13,828 nucleotides of DNA from Methanomicrobiales archaeon (GTDB lineage Archaea; Halobacteriota; Methanomicrobia; Methanomicrobiales; Methanospirillaceae). A model generated the notes under the pieces. That model saw nothing but the letters and a program-made list of their open reading frames with translations, was not told the DNA's origin and ran no database searches. A program made the translations under genes and the position numbers. How positions within the stretch are numbered: position 1 is the first letter of the stretch; each line of letters begins with the position of its first letter. Of the stretch, positions 1 through 6,963 are shown piece by piece. Location: positions 1 to 13,828 of the forward strand of contig JBAXJR010000054.1 in the NCBI GenBank assembly GCA_037137755.1. The letters are read 5' to 3'.

Positions 1-1297
1 GTCACACCCTTCGCGGGTGTGTGGATTGAAATCACAGGAAGGTGACAACCCAATGAGCCGCCGCATGTCACACCCTTCGCGGGTGTGTGGATTGAAATTT
101 CACTTCGGGGTGGTACTTCACCGGGAACCCCCGTCACACCCTTCGCGGGTGTGTGGATTGAAATATCTGAGGAAAGAACAGACCCCGAATAAAACCCAGG
201 TCACACCCTTCGCGGGTGTGTGGATTGAAATAAACCAATGGCAAGGGCGAACTATCCCGGCCCCGCCACGTCACACCCTTCGCGGGTGTGTGGATTGAAA
301 TAATTTACGCCCTCCGGAGGCATGTGGAAAAGGGCGTCACACCCTTCGCGGGTGTGTGGATTGAAATATCACGAACAGGGAAGATATTTCGACATCGAAG
401 GGTCACACCCTTCGCGGGTGTGTGGATTGAAATTCATTCGGGTTGTCTACTGAGGGCTTAAGGGACGTCACACCCTTCGCGGGTGTGTGGATTGAAATAT
501 CAGGATGATTACTATGACAAGAACAAAACCCGTCACACCCTTCGCGGGTGTGTGGATTGAAATTTACCCGTATGCTTAACAATCTGATCGGCCCATGTCA
601 CACCCTTCGCGGGTGTGTGGATTGAAATCGGAAGAAAAGGTAATCCAGACTTACACCCCGCCAGTCACACCCTTCGCGGGTGTGTGGATTGAAATAAAAC
701 GCCCAATTTGATCATTAATTAACTTTTGCGTCACACCCTTCGCGGGTGTGTGGATTGAAATGTGCAGGAGGGGTAAACAATGTCTGAAGATTCAACCAGT
801 CACACCCTTCGCGGGTGTGTGGATTGAAATAGGGCAGTACTTTTCGAGATCGCTCTACGGTTACCGTCACACCCTTCGCGGGTGTGTGGATTGAAATACA
901 GGAACCTGTGTTGGACAGGTTGGTGCAGAGGTAGTCACACCCTTCGCGGGTGTGTGGATTGAAATAGCAGGGAGAAGTGAACAATTGGCAACCCTGCGAG
1001 TCACACCCTTCGCGGGTGTGTGGATTGAAATAAAAGATGGGGCAATTATCGGTGGCTTCTCCAAAGTCACACCCTTCGCGGGTGTGTGGATTGAAATTTA
1101 TGATTATTGCCTCAATGTAATGAGGGATTAAGTCACACCCTTCGCGGGTGTGTGGATTGAAATGAGATGGAGCTTTAAGTATGCTCAAACAAATTGAGTC
1201 ACACCCTTCGCGGGTGTGTGGATTGAAATCGCTTGTGTCGCGGGAAAAGGACTTAACATATTTATGTCACACCCTTCGCGGGTGTGTGGATTGAAAT
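1..1297 (+). CRISPR. CRISPR array, 20 repeats / 19 spacers, type I-C-like repeat GTCACACCCTTCGCGGGTGTGTGGATTGAAAT
   Basis: Identical 32-bp repeats start at 1, 67, 133, 200, 270, 336, 402, 467, 532, 597, 664, 730, 799, 866, 934, 1000, 1066, 1132, 1198 and 1266. Spacers are unique and 33-38 bp. The repeat has a hairpin CACACCC-TTCGC-GGGTGTG and a 3' ATTGAAAT handle, which implies + strand transcription with the leader left of the window. The subtype is inferred from repeat shape only. Confidence 0.99.
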
Positions 1298-1340
1298 GTC
1301 CAGAAATAACGAAAAACCTGACTTCCTGTATCTGATAACT

Positions 1341-1348
1341 AAAAAAAA
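1341..1348 (-). terminator. Archaeal oligo-T terminator of the replication operon
   Basis: An A8 run (T8 on the minus strand) lies 17 nt beyond the stop codon of the last operon gene (1366). Confidence 0.6.
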
Positions 1349-1365
1349 TTCAATATCCCCCCCAT

Positions 1366-1800
1366 TCACCTCCCGATAAACAACGCCCCCTTCCTATTCC
1401 GCCCATCCAGCACAGCCAAAACCGATCGCAAAGGAACCGTGTAATAATACGGCGAAATACTAAAATTCAACGCCCTTCCCGAAGCCGATAATTTAGCAAA
1501 TCCAACTCTATTCCTAACACTCAACGTTAGAACATCCCGTTTCTCCCCATCCAGAACAGCGTCAATATCCCCGTTCAACAGGATGAATCCCCGGTCATCA
1601 ACATCCGAGTAAATCGCAAGCCCATCATGACACATCGCAATCCTGCCAACCTTCACAAACGATGAAACCTTGATCGTTTCAGTCTTCCAGCCCGGAAGTC
1701 CGGGCTCCTGGATCACCTCTGCAACCGTATCCGCTGGTTTGCCTGAAAACCCCAATAATGCCTTAAAAGCAGAAATAAACCGCAATACCATATGAAACAT
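1366..1800 (-). CDS. Hypothetical protein, 144 aa, with an internally duplicated beta-beta-beta-alpha unit (two ...AVLDG endings); possible nucleic-acid-binding protein
   Basis: TGATG overlap with the upstream gene and SD-like GGGAGTGA. The internal repeat is GFILLNGDIDAVLDG / YYTVPLRSVLAVLDG. Confidence 0.8.
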   Translation of the reverse strand: MFHMVLRFISAFKALLGFSGKPADTVAEVIQEPGLPGWKTETIKVSSFVKVGRIAMCHDGLAIYSDVDDRGFILLNGDIDAVLDGEKRDVLTLSVRNRVGFAKLSASGRALNFSISPYYYTVPLRSVLAVLDGRNRKGALFIGR

Positions 1801-2048
1801 CAGGTCACTCCCTTCGATATCGCCCGTCTCTGTGCGTTTATAGAGGCCCGTTTGGCCTCCTTTTCCTTCAGGTACCGAATCCTGCTGTTTGCAGCGATTT
1901 TATCCCGATTCCGGCGATAATAGGCCGCTCTTTGCTCCCGGTCCTTTTCCGGGTTCCGCAAACGGTACCGTTTCCACCTCGGAACAACCTTTTTCCGGTG
2001 TTTCGCGATCGCGAGAGCGGTCCGGAGGGTAACCGTGCAGGTCGTCAT
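1800..2048 (-). CDS. Small, highly basic helical protein, 82 aa; probable DNA-binding protein
   Basis: ATGA overlap with the primase-helicase stop and SD-like GGGGGTG/GGAGG. It has an Arg/Lys-rich 14-aa periodic motif (YRLRNPEKDREQRAAYYRRNRDKIAANSRIRY) of the kind common in viral proteins. Confidence 0.75.
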   Translation of the reverse strand: MTTCTVTLRTALAIAKHRKKVVPRWKRYRLRNPEKDREQRAAYYRRNRDKIAANSRIRYLKEKEAKRASINAQRRAISKGVT

Positions 2049-5000
2049 CCTCCTGCACCCCCTTCAGCAGACCCGGCAGCCCCGGGCTTTTCCCGGTCGT
2101 AACACTGCTGGCAGATGCTCGTTCCGGCTGAATGGTCACGGTACACGGCCTTTCCGAGGTTGCATACCTGGCACCGGCCGATATCATTTGAGATCCTCAC
2201 CATCCTGCCAATCGCAAGGATACCCGGCAGGGGAGGACCCTCATCCTGTTCCCGCTTCCGTGCCGTTTTGTAACAGGAGCTGCAGATCCGGCGGGCGGTT
2301 TTATCGGCCCTGGCCTTTCGTTCCGGGGTTAGTTTCTCGATGTACTCAGTACCTTTGTGCCCGCATGCGGAACACATGGTGTGGTATTCGGCATGGTCGA
2401 GCAACTTGTAATCCCTGCTCGATATGTGCTGCAGAGGAGGGCTGTTTGCTGCAGTTTCTGCAGGTAGGCGGCACGTGTTTCCGAAGTTATATTCAATCTG
2501 TGAAGATATTTTTAAAATCGGAGGGTTAAACGTCCGATTATCAGGTTCGTTGGAAACAATTCCCGGATCACATTCAGTCAAAGGTGCAGGCCTTTCACCT
2601 GGCGTTGGGGGTGCTGTGTCTTTTAAATTGCCGCCTTTAGTACTATTATTAATAAATATATTATTATTATACAGTCCGTTTACGGTTTCAGCACAGTGTT
2701 CTTCTTCTTTTATCTGTGCAACAGTTGTGGAAAACCTGCTTCCAACGGTTGATAGTGCCGCCTCATCGTGGATGTCATGACCGTCATGAACACGACGGTC
2801 GTCATGGTCTTCATGACCGTTATGATCGTGATGATCGGAACAGTCGTTGTCGGGGTCCAGCCATACCGAACCACCCGAAATCCAGGCACGGTATACGACG
2901 TGGTTGAACTGGTAGACACGGGCATGACGCCTGACACCCTGGCCGATCTCGTCGTCGGTTGTCACCGTCCGGTCCATGAAACTGATCGCAGGACACTTGT
3001 CGAGGAGCCCCGAGTACTGGGTATCCCTGCACTTGTACCCGTGAATGAGCTTGTACACGTAACTGTACGAGATCCCGGTCAATTCCATCATCTGCTGGAT
3101 CGTCAGCTCGGTCCGGCCGTCCTTCGCAAATGCCGTAACCAGGTCAGACTCCCGCCTGGTCAGCTTCGTCTCCTGGCCACCAACGGTCCCGTTCAGCATT
3201 CGGAACAGGCGGGCGGCTGCTTCGAAATCGGCGAGCGTTGCCTCGATAAATGGGCTGCCGCCATCGTGGCAGTGCTGTTCCCGCTGCATGAAGAAGAGGG
3301 CGGCATGGGCCTTGATCAGTGAATAGAACATCTCCGGGTTCCTGCGGTTCGTCTTCGTCTGGAACCCGATACGGCGGGCGAACGGGATGGAAACATGGAC
3401 CCGCTCGTTCCCGATAATTTCCCACATCGCCCGGCAGGTGAGGACTTCCGGCCGGACCGAGTTCGAGAGGCCCGGCGGTTCCTCCTCTTTCTTCGCCATG
3501 TCTTCGAGGACGCTCGCGTCCTGCTCGGGTGAATCGTCGATCCAGCAGGTGAGCATCCGGTTGAATACCTGGTCGTCCCCCGAGCCTTCGACCTTCGCGA
3601 CCCACCAGAGACAACGCTCCGGTATCCGGCACACGACCGCCTTCCGGTCCTTGCTCACCGTCCGGTAGATGATCGGTTTTTTGAACGACGACGTGGAACC
3701 TTTCAGGATCTCCTGCATCTCCTCGGAGAGGTTCTTGTCGTCGAAGACGATCACGGTCCCTGGCTTCATGTCGTCCTTGTAGAAGAGGAACTTGTTCGAC
3801 ATCGCCCCCTCCAGCTTCACCTGCTCCGGGACCTGCAGGAGGATCTTGTTGAACGTGTCGCTCTTGCCCTTTCCGCTCTCGCCGCTGACCGAGACATGGA
3901 GGCCGTTCGTGTTCTCGACCGACCGGGACGCTAAGCTCATGACCAGGCATTCGGCAGGGATTTCGTCGCCGACATGGTCGAGCGAGAAGGTGGTGAGCAT
4001 CGCCTTCAGCGGGTTGCCGTGTTGCAGAACGGCCATCGCCTCATCGTAATGGGAAAGGGTGGTAAGGTTCGGTGCTGGTAACGGGGTGCCCGGTCCCGGT
4101 GGCCCGGGAAGTGGGGGTGGCTTGTTGACGCTCACCGTCCTCTTCCGGTCTCTCCCCGGTTCAAATTTCTGCCGCAGTTCCGGCCACCGCTGGGTCCCGC
4201 CACCGCACGAGCTGTGATGGCATCCGGCGTAAATCGCTCCGCTGGGGAACTGGATCGCAAACGAACCGTCCTTGTGAGCTCCCGAGAACGGGCACTCTGA
4301 AAGGGTGAACAGGACGCCACCCTGGTACGGTTTCTCATCGGCGATGCCGATCGCATGGTCCCGGAGCCAGCGCCCGAGGTCGATCCCCTGGCCGGCCGGG
4401 GATGTCTTTTTCTCACCCGTTTCCGTGATCGGCTTTGTTGCCCCGGCCAGTTGTGTGAGTTGTTCCCTTGATACCCGCACGATGCGACCGGGAACTGATA
4501 CAAGCTTCGAACGGCGATGGGGCCGGGCCTTCGTGCTGTCGCCCTTCCTGCTCACCGTCCCGTACAGCTTCCATATCCTCGATGCATTGTGGTTTGCCGT
4601 GTCGACCGTCCTCGATGTGTCGTTGAACAACAACGCGAGCGCTTCAAGGCCCCGCTTTACGAGGTCCGTGCTCTCCGCGTCGTTCGGCAGGTCGATGGCA
4701 TACAGGAGGTGAGCACCGTTCCCGCTGTCGCCGAAAACCGGTTCCGGCCACCCTTCGTCGGTAAGGTACCGGGCGATCCGTGCCGCCTTGTCAAGAGCAG
4801 CCGAATGTTCCGCATCGCTCGATGAAACACCCGATACCCGGACCGCATCGATATCGACCGGAAACCACCGCCTTCTCGTGATATTCTCATCACCGGTTGT
4901 CGGGTCCTTCTTCCCGAGCCTCATCCTGACCCGGTTCGATGACCGGGCAAGCAGGGCCGGGTCGAGTTCGTTCAGGGTTACATAAATCCCTTGGGGACTT

Positions 5001-5149
5001 GCCCCTTCCACTTTTTCCGCGTCGCTCGCGAGCCGTTCCATGTCATTGTAATACCCTGATGCAATGGTATCTCCGAAGAGGGCCCGGAGTTCAACGACCT
5101 GCCCGGTATCGAAGAGGAGATCGAGAGCATCCGCTACCTGGTTATCCAT
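2045..5149 (-). CDS. AEP-superfamily primase-polymerase fused to a Zn finger, AAA+/P-loop helicase, HTH and two C-terminal Cys4 Zn fingers (MGE replication protein), 1034 aa
   Basis: AEP motifs are DID (4847-4855), DSGNGAH (4709-4729) and D-x3-N-x-SRIWKLYGT. These are followed by a CPFSGAH...CHHSSC Zn finger and a Pro-rich linker. The ATPase has Walker A GESGKGKS (3860-3883), Walker B VIVFDD, a candidate Arg finger FNRML and a sensor-2-like RRN. Next come an HTH-like TIQQMMELTGISYSYVYKLI and the C-terminal CSAC/CSSC and CQVC/CQQC pairs. SD GAGGT precedes the start. Confidence 0.9.
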   Translation of the reverse strand: MDNQVADALDLLFDTGQVVELRALFGDTIASGYYNDMERLASDAEKVEGASPQGIYVTLNELDPALLARSSNRVRMRLGKKDPTTGDENITRRRWFPVDIDAVRVSGVSSSDAEHSAALDKAARIARYLTDEGWPEPVFGDSGNGAHLLYAIDLPNDAESTDLVKRGLEALALLFNDTSRTVDTANHNASRIWKLYGTVSRKGDSTKARPHRRSKLVSVPGRIVRVSREQLTQLAGATKPITETGEKKTSPAGQGIDLGRWLRDHAIGIADEKPYQGGVLFTLSECPFSGAHKDGSFAIQFPSGAIYAGCHHSSCGGGTQRWPELRQKFEPGRDRKRTVSVNKPPPLPGPPGPGTPLPAPNLTTLSHYDEAMAVLQHGNPLKAMLTTFSLDHVGDEIPAECLVMSLASRSVENTNGLHVSVSGESGKGKSDTFNKILLQVPEQVKLEGAMSNKFLFYKDDMKPGTVIVFDDKNLSEEMQEILKGSTSSFKKPIIYRTVSKDRKAVVCRIPERCLWWVAKVEGSGDDQVFNRMLTCWIDDSPEQDASVLEDMAKKEEEPPGLSNSVRPEVLTCRAMWEIIGNERVHVSIPFARRIGFQTKTNRRNPEMFYSLIKAHAALFFMQREQHCHDGGSPFIEATLADFEAAARLFRMLNGTVGGQETKLTRRESDLVTAFAKDGRTELTIQQMMELTGISYSYVYKLIHGYKCRDTQYSGLLDKCPAISFMDRTVTTDDEIGQGVRRHARVYQFNHVVYRAWISGGSVWLDPDNDCSDHHDHNGHEDHDDRRVHDGHDIHDEAALSTVGSRFSTTVAQIKEEEHCAETVNGLYNNNIFINNSTKGGNLKDTAPPTPGERPAPLTECDPGIVSNEPDNRTFNPPILKISSQIEYNFGNTCRLPAETAANSPPLQHISSRDYKLLDHAEYHTMCSACGHKGTEYIEKLTPERKARADKTARRICSSCYKTARKREQDEGPPLPGILAIGRMVRISNDIGRCQVCNLGKAVYRDHSAGTSICQQCYDREKPGAAGSAEGGAGG
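2765..2836 (-). repeat. Degenerate 9-bp tandem repeat encoding an (x-H-D)n His/Asp-rich tract
   Basis: Encodes DHH DHN GHE DHD DRR VHD GHD IHD; CATGA-type units recur every 9 nt. Confidence 0.75.
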
Positions 5150-5151
5150 TT

Positions 5152-5331
5152 CTACCTCTCCGGGGCAGGGTCAGGCCCGTCGATAAAGGAACAGGCCCAG
5201 GTCGATTCACCGGTTTCTGCGCATGGATACGCAGCGGCGCAATTTGCTTCCTGGCAGAGGACCATTCCCTTCGAATCGGACATGAGCGGGCATACGAGAC
5301 GCTTTACCGTCCGCCCTGTCGATTTAAACAT
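5152..5331 (-). CDS. Small Cys-rich protein, 59 aa (MFKSTGRTVKRLVCPLMSDSKGMVLCQEANCAAAYPCAETGESTWACSFIDGPDPAPER); putative Zn-binding
   Basis: Translated by hand and not in the track. It has SD GGGGTGA, overlaps the upstream micro-ORF, and stops 2 nt before the primase-helicase ATG. It contains 5 Cys. Confidence 0.7.
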   Translation of the reverse strand: MFKSTGRTVKRLVCPLMSDSKGMVLCQEANCAAAYPCAETGESTWACSFIDGPDPAPER

Positions 5332-5446
5332 GGCATTTCACCCCGGTGGACCAGGCGATATAACCGGAGTCCGGAATACTGGTGAGAAGTCCGGCAGGCT
5401 CTTTGCGACACGGGCAATCCGGAAGGGTGCAGAGTCGGACGGTCAT
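5324..5446 (-). CDS. Micro-protein, 40 aa (MTVRLCTLPDCPCRKEPAGLLTSIPDSGYIAWSTGVKCHV)
   Basis: Translated by hand. TGATG coupling to the 103-aa gene, SD-like AGGGGT, and an overlap with the next start; it exactly fills the operon gap. Confidence 0.55.
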   Translation of the reverse strand: MTVRLCTLPDCPCRKEPAGLLTSIPDSGYIAWSTGVKCHV

Positions 5447-5757
5447 CAGAGGGGACCCCTGTACGCGATCCGCTCCATCCCGCACTCTGTTATCTCTCCC
5501 CGGTAAAGGGCCGCGATAGTTTCCCGCGGGACCAGCCAGGCATTGTTCAGGACGGAAATCACAACACCCTCGTTATGAGGGTGCTGGAACACTGATGCCT
5601 CGACATCGGCATTACCATGTTCCAGCCTGAGCGGTACTTCCTTCCGGAAGACAAGAAGGGTAACGATGTCAGCCGGTGCAAGGTAAAAGGTCCCTGCTCC
5701 GGAACGTATGCGGATCCGGCCTTCGCTCCATGCACACATGGAATCACCGGTTTGCAT
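5446..5757 (-). CDS. Hypothetical protein, 103 aa, with a two-unit beta-beta-beta-alpha pattern similar to 1366-1800
   Basis: Strong SD GGAGGGG, coupled at both ends. The units are GRIRIRSGAGTFYLAPADIVTLL and GVVISVLNNAWLVPRETIAALYRG. Confidence 0.8.
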   Translation of the reverse strand: MQTGDSMCAWSEGRIRIRSGAGTFYLAPADIVTLLVFRKEVPLRLEHGNADVEASVFQHPHNEGVVISVLNNAWLVPRETIAALYRGEITECGMERIAYRGPL

Positions 5758-5875
5758 GAGCCCCTCCGATCACAATTATTTTACCGTCAGAATTTTCATT
5801 AGATAATTGCTCCTTCTGTTTTCGTACTGTCGAAGGTATTGATAGGGGGGAGCATTCTACTTCTGTGCGGGACAT
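5744..5875 (-). CDS. Micro-protein, 43 aa (MSRTEVECSP...GGAHANR); shorter start within track ORF 5744..5959
   Basis: SD-like AAGGTG before the ATG at 5875; overlaps both neighbours. Confidence 0.45.
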   Translation of the reverse strand: MSRTEVECSPLSIPSTVRKQKEQLSNENSDGKIIVIGGAHANR

Positions 5876-6000
5876 ACGGCACCTTGTTTTATGATGTTCC
5901 GGATGGCAATCTCTTCGAAGGACCGACCGATCCATACGAACCGTTTTGTGGGTTCGCATAAGCCGGTTGCTTCCTGTGCAACGAGTATTTTTCTTTTCAT
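5857..6000 (-). CDS. Micro-protein, 47 aa (MKRKILVAQEATGLCEPTKRFVWIGRSFEEIAIRNIIKQGAVCPAQK); probable first gene of the operon
   Basis: Translated by hand. Weak SD CAGGA; its 3' end overlaps the start at 5875. Confidence 0.45.
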   Translation of the reverse strand: MKRKILVAQEATGLCEPTKRFVWIGRSFEEIAIRNIIKQGAVCPAQK

Positions 6001-6134
6001 GCGAATTTCCTGCCGTTTCACGATTTTGTTTAGTCGGGTACGGCGTTACTTCGTAGGAGTCTGGAGATATTAAAATATGGCATTGGTTAGCCCAATAAAA
6101 CAGATTTTAAAAGGTTGAATCGCGAAACGGAGAG

Positions 6135-6142
6135 TTATATAA
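6135..6142. promoter_or_regulatory. Palindromic TATA box TTATATAA, potentially bidirectional
   Basis: Archaeal TATA consensus located between the minus-strand operon and the hairpin-rich non-coding region. Confidence 0.45.
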
Positions 6143-6737
6143 GGGTATGGCGTGTGCAGTGTGAAAGTGAAGCGAGCGGATGTGGTGCAGTGAGGTAACG
6201 TGGCTTATGAAGGTTACTAAATTTGGGGAGGTGTAAACCTCCCGGCTCCTTCTATTGCCCCTTTTCCGTGGGGCATTTACTATTCTGTTACGAATCGGTA
6301 TCAACAATAGGGGAGACCTCGCCGTAGGAAAAAAAATGGGAAGACGAGGCAACCTCCCAGCTGGGAGAGAGAGAAACTGTGAACGATGGTTCGGAAAAAC
6401 GGGGTCAGCGGAAATATTTACCCATCCCTCTGTTTCGGTTATTCTCTATAATGCTCCAGAATTGTCCTTTGATGTAATATTCAACCCTTATTTTTGCCTG
6501 GTCCATAAAAAATTCCAGGTACTACTAAATTTAATGCCATTATTGTCATCATTTTCAGATTTAGGTCAGTTGTATGAAGAATGATAGCAAAAACATCAAA
6601 GATTCCAGGAAGTACAAAAAGCATCGCAGGATTTCGGAAAAATGAGTAAAAAATAGCATTGGGTGATTATTATATCTCTCGCATGTGGGAAAATCGGACA
6701 TGACTAAAATTAGCCATTTCCTTGACCTATGGCTTAA

Positions 6738-6829
6738 TTTGGTGGCCAAAAGAAAGGTGTGTACCATATCTCACTTGTTTTGGTACACAACTCTGTTACG
6801 TTTGATTTGGTGTACAATTTGGTACGCAA
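6738..6829. repeat. Cluster of five 12-bp TTTGGT-NNN-CAA-type motifs (4 direct, 1 inverted)
   Basis: TTTGGTGGCCAA 6738-6749; inverted TATGGTACACAC 6757-6768; TTTGGTACACAA 6779-6790; TTTGGTGTACAA 6806-6817; TTTGGTACGCAA 6818-6829. Confidence 0.8.
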
Positions 6830-6879
6830 AAAGCCAGGATGCGAGAAATGTCCTGCTGCCCCCCAACCTTACCCAATGC

Positions 6880-6886
6880 TTTATAA
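6880..6886 (+). promoter_or_regulatory. Putative TATA box of the SnoaL-like gene
   Basis: TTTATAA about 80 nt upstream of the ATG at 6964. Confidence 0.45.
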
Positions 6887-6963
6887 TGTCCTACGTGGAG
6901 TTCCCGATCAGTGTACGGGATCCATGGGCAGCTCCGGTTCCTGGTATACCAGGAGAATCTGAC

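Larger units (their letters stand above)
1366..6830 (-). mobile_element. Plasmid/provirus-like replication module of an integrated element (boundaries uncertain)
   Basis: A primase-helicase fusion sits in a chain of small, translationally coupled hypothetical genes, with repeats and hairpins upstream. No integrase or transposase is visible in the window. Confidence 0.65.

Noticed and set aside
762-771. Spacer 12 shares GTGCAGGAGG with the 3' end of the primase-helicase gene (possible self-targeting)
   Set aside because: Only 10 nt and mostly an SD motif; the rest of the spacer does not match.
17-1188. ORFs 17..298, 715..1188 and 867..1070 with repeating peptides
   Set aside because: These are translation artefacts of the CRISPR repeats.
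1900-5506. Many alternative-frame and antisense ORFs over the rep operon (e.g. 3144..3950, 2768..3322, 4939..5385)
   Set aside because: Shadow ORFs of GC-rich coding DNA, with no motifs or ribosome-binding sites.
6107-6767. ORFs 6107..6352, 6255..6584 and 6561..6767
   Set aside because: No SD or recognisable domain and atypical composition; the region is better explained as regulatory DNA.
6685-6963. 93-aa N-terminal extension of the SnoaL-like ORF
   Set aside because: It runs through the repeat cluster and TATA box, while an SD and the domain start point to ATG 6964.
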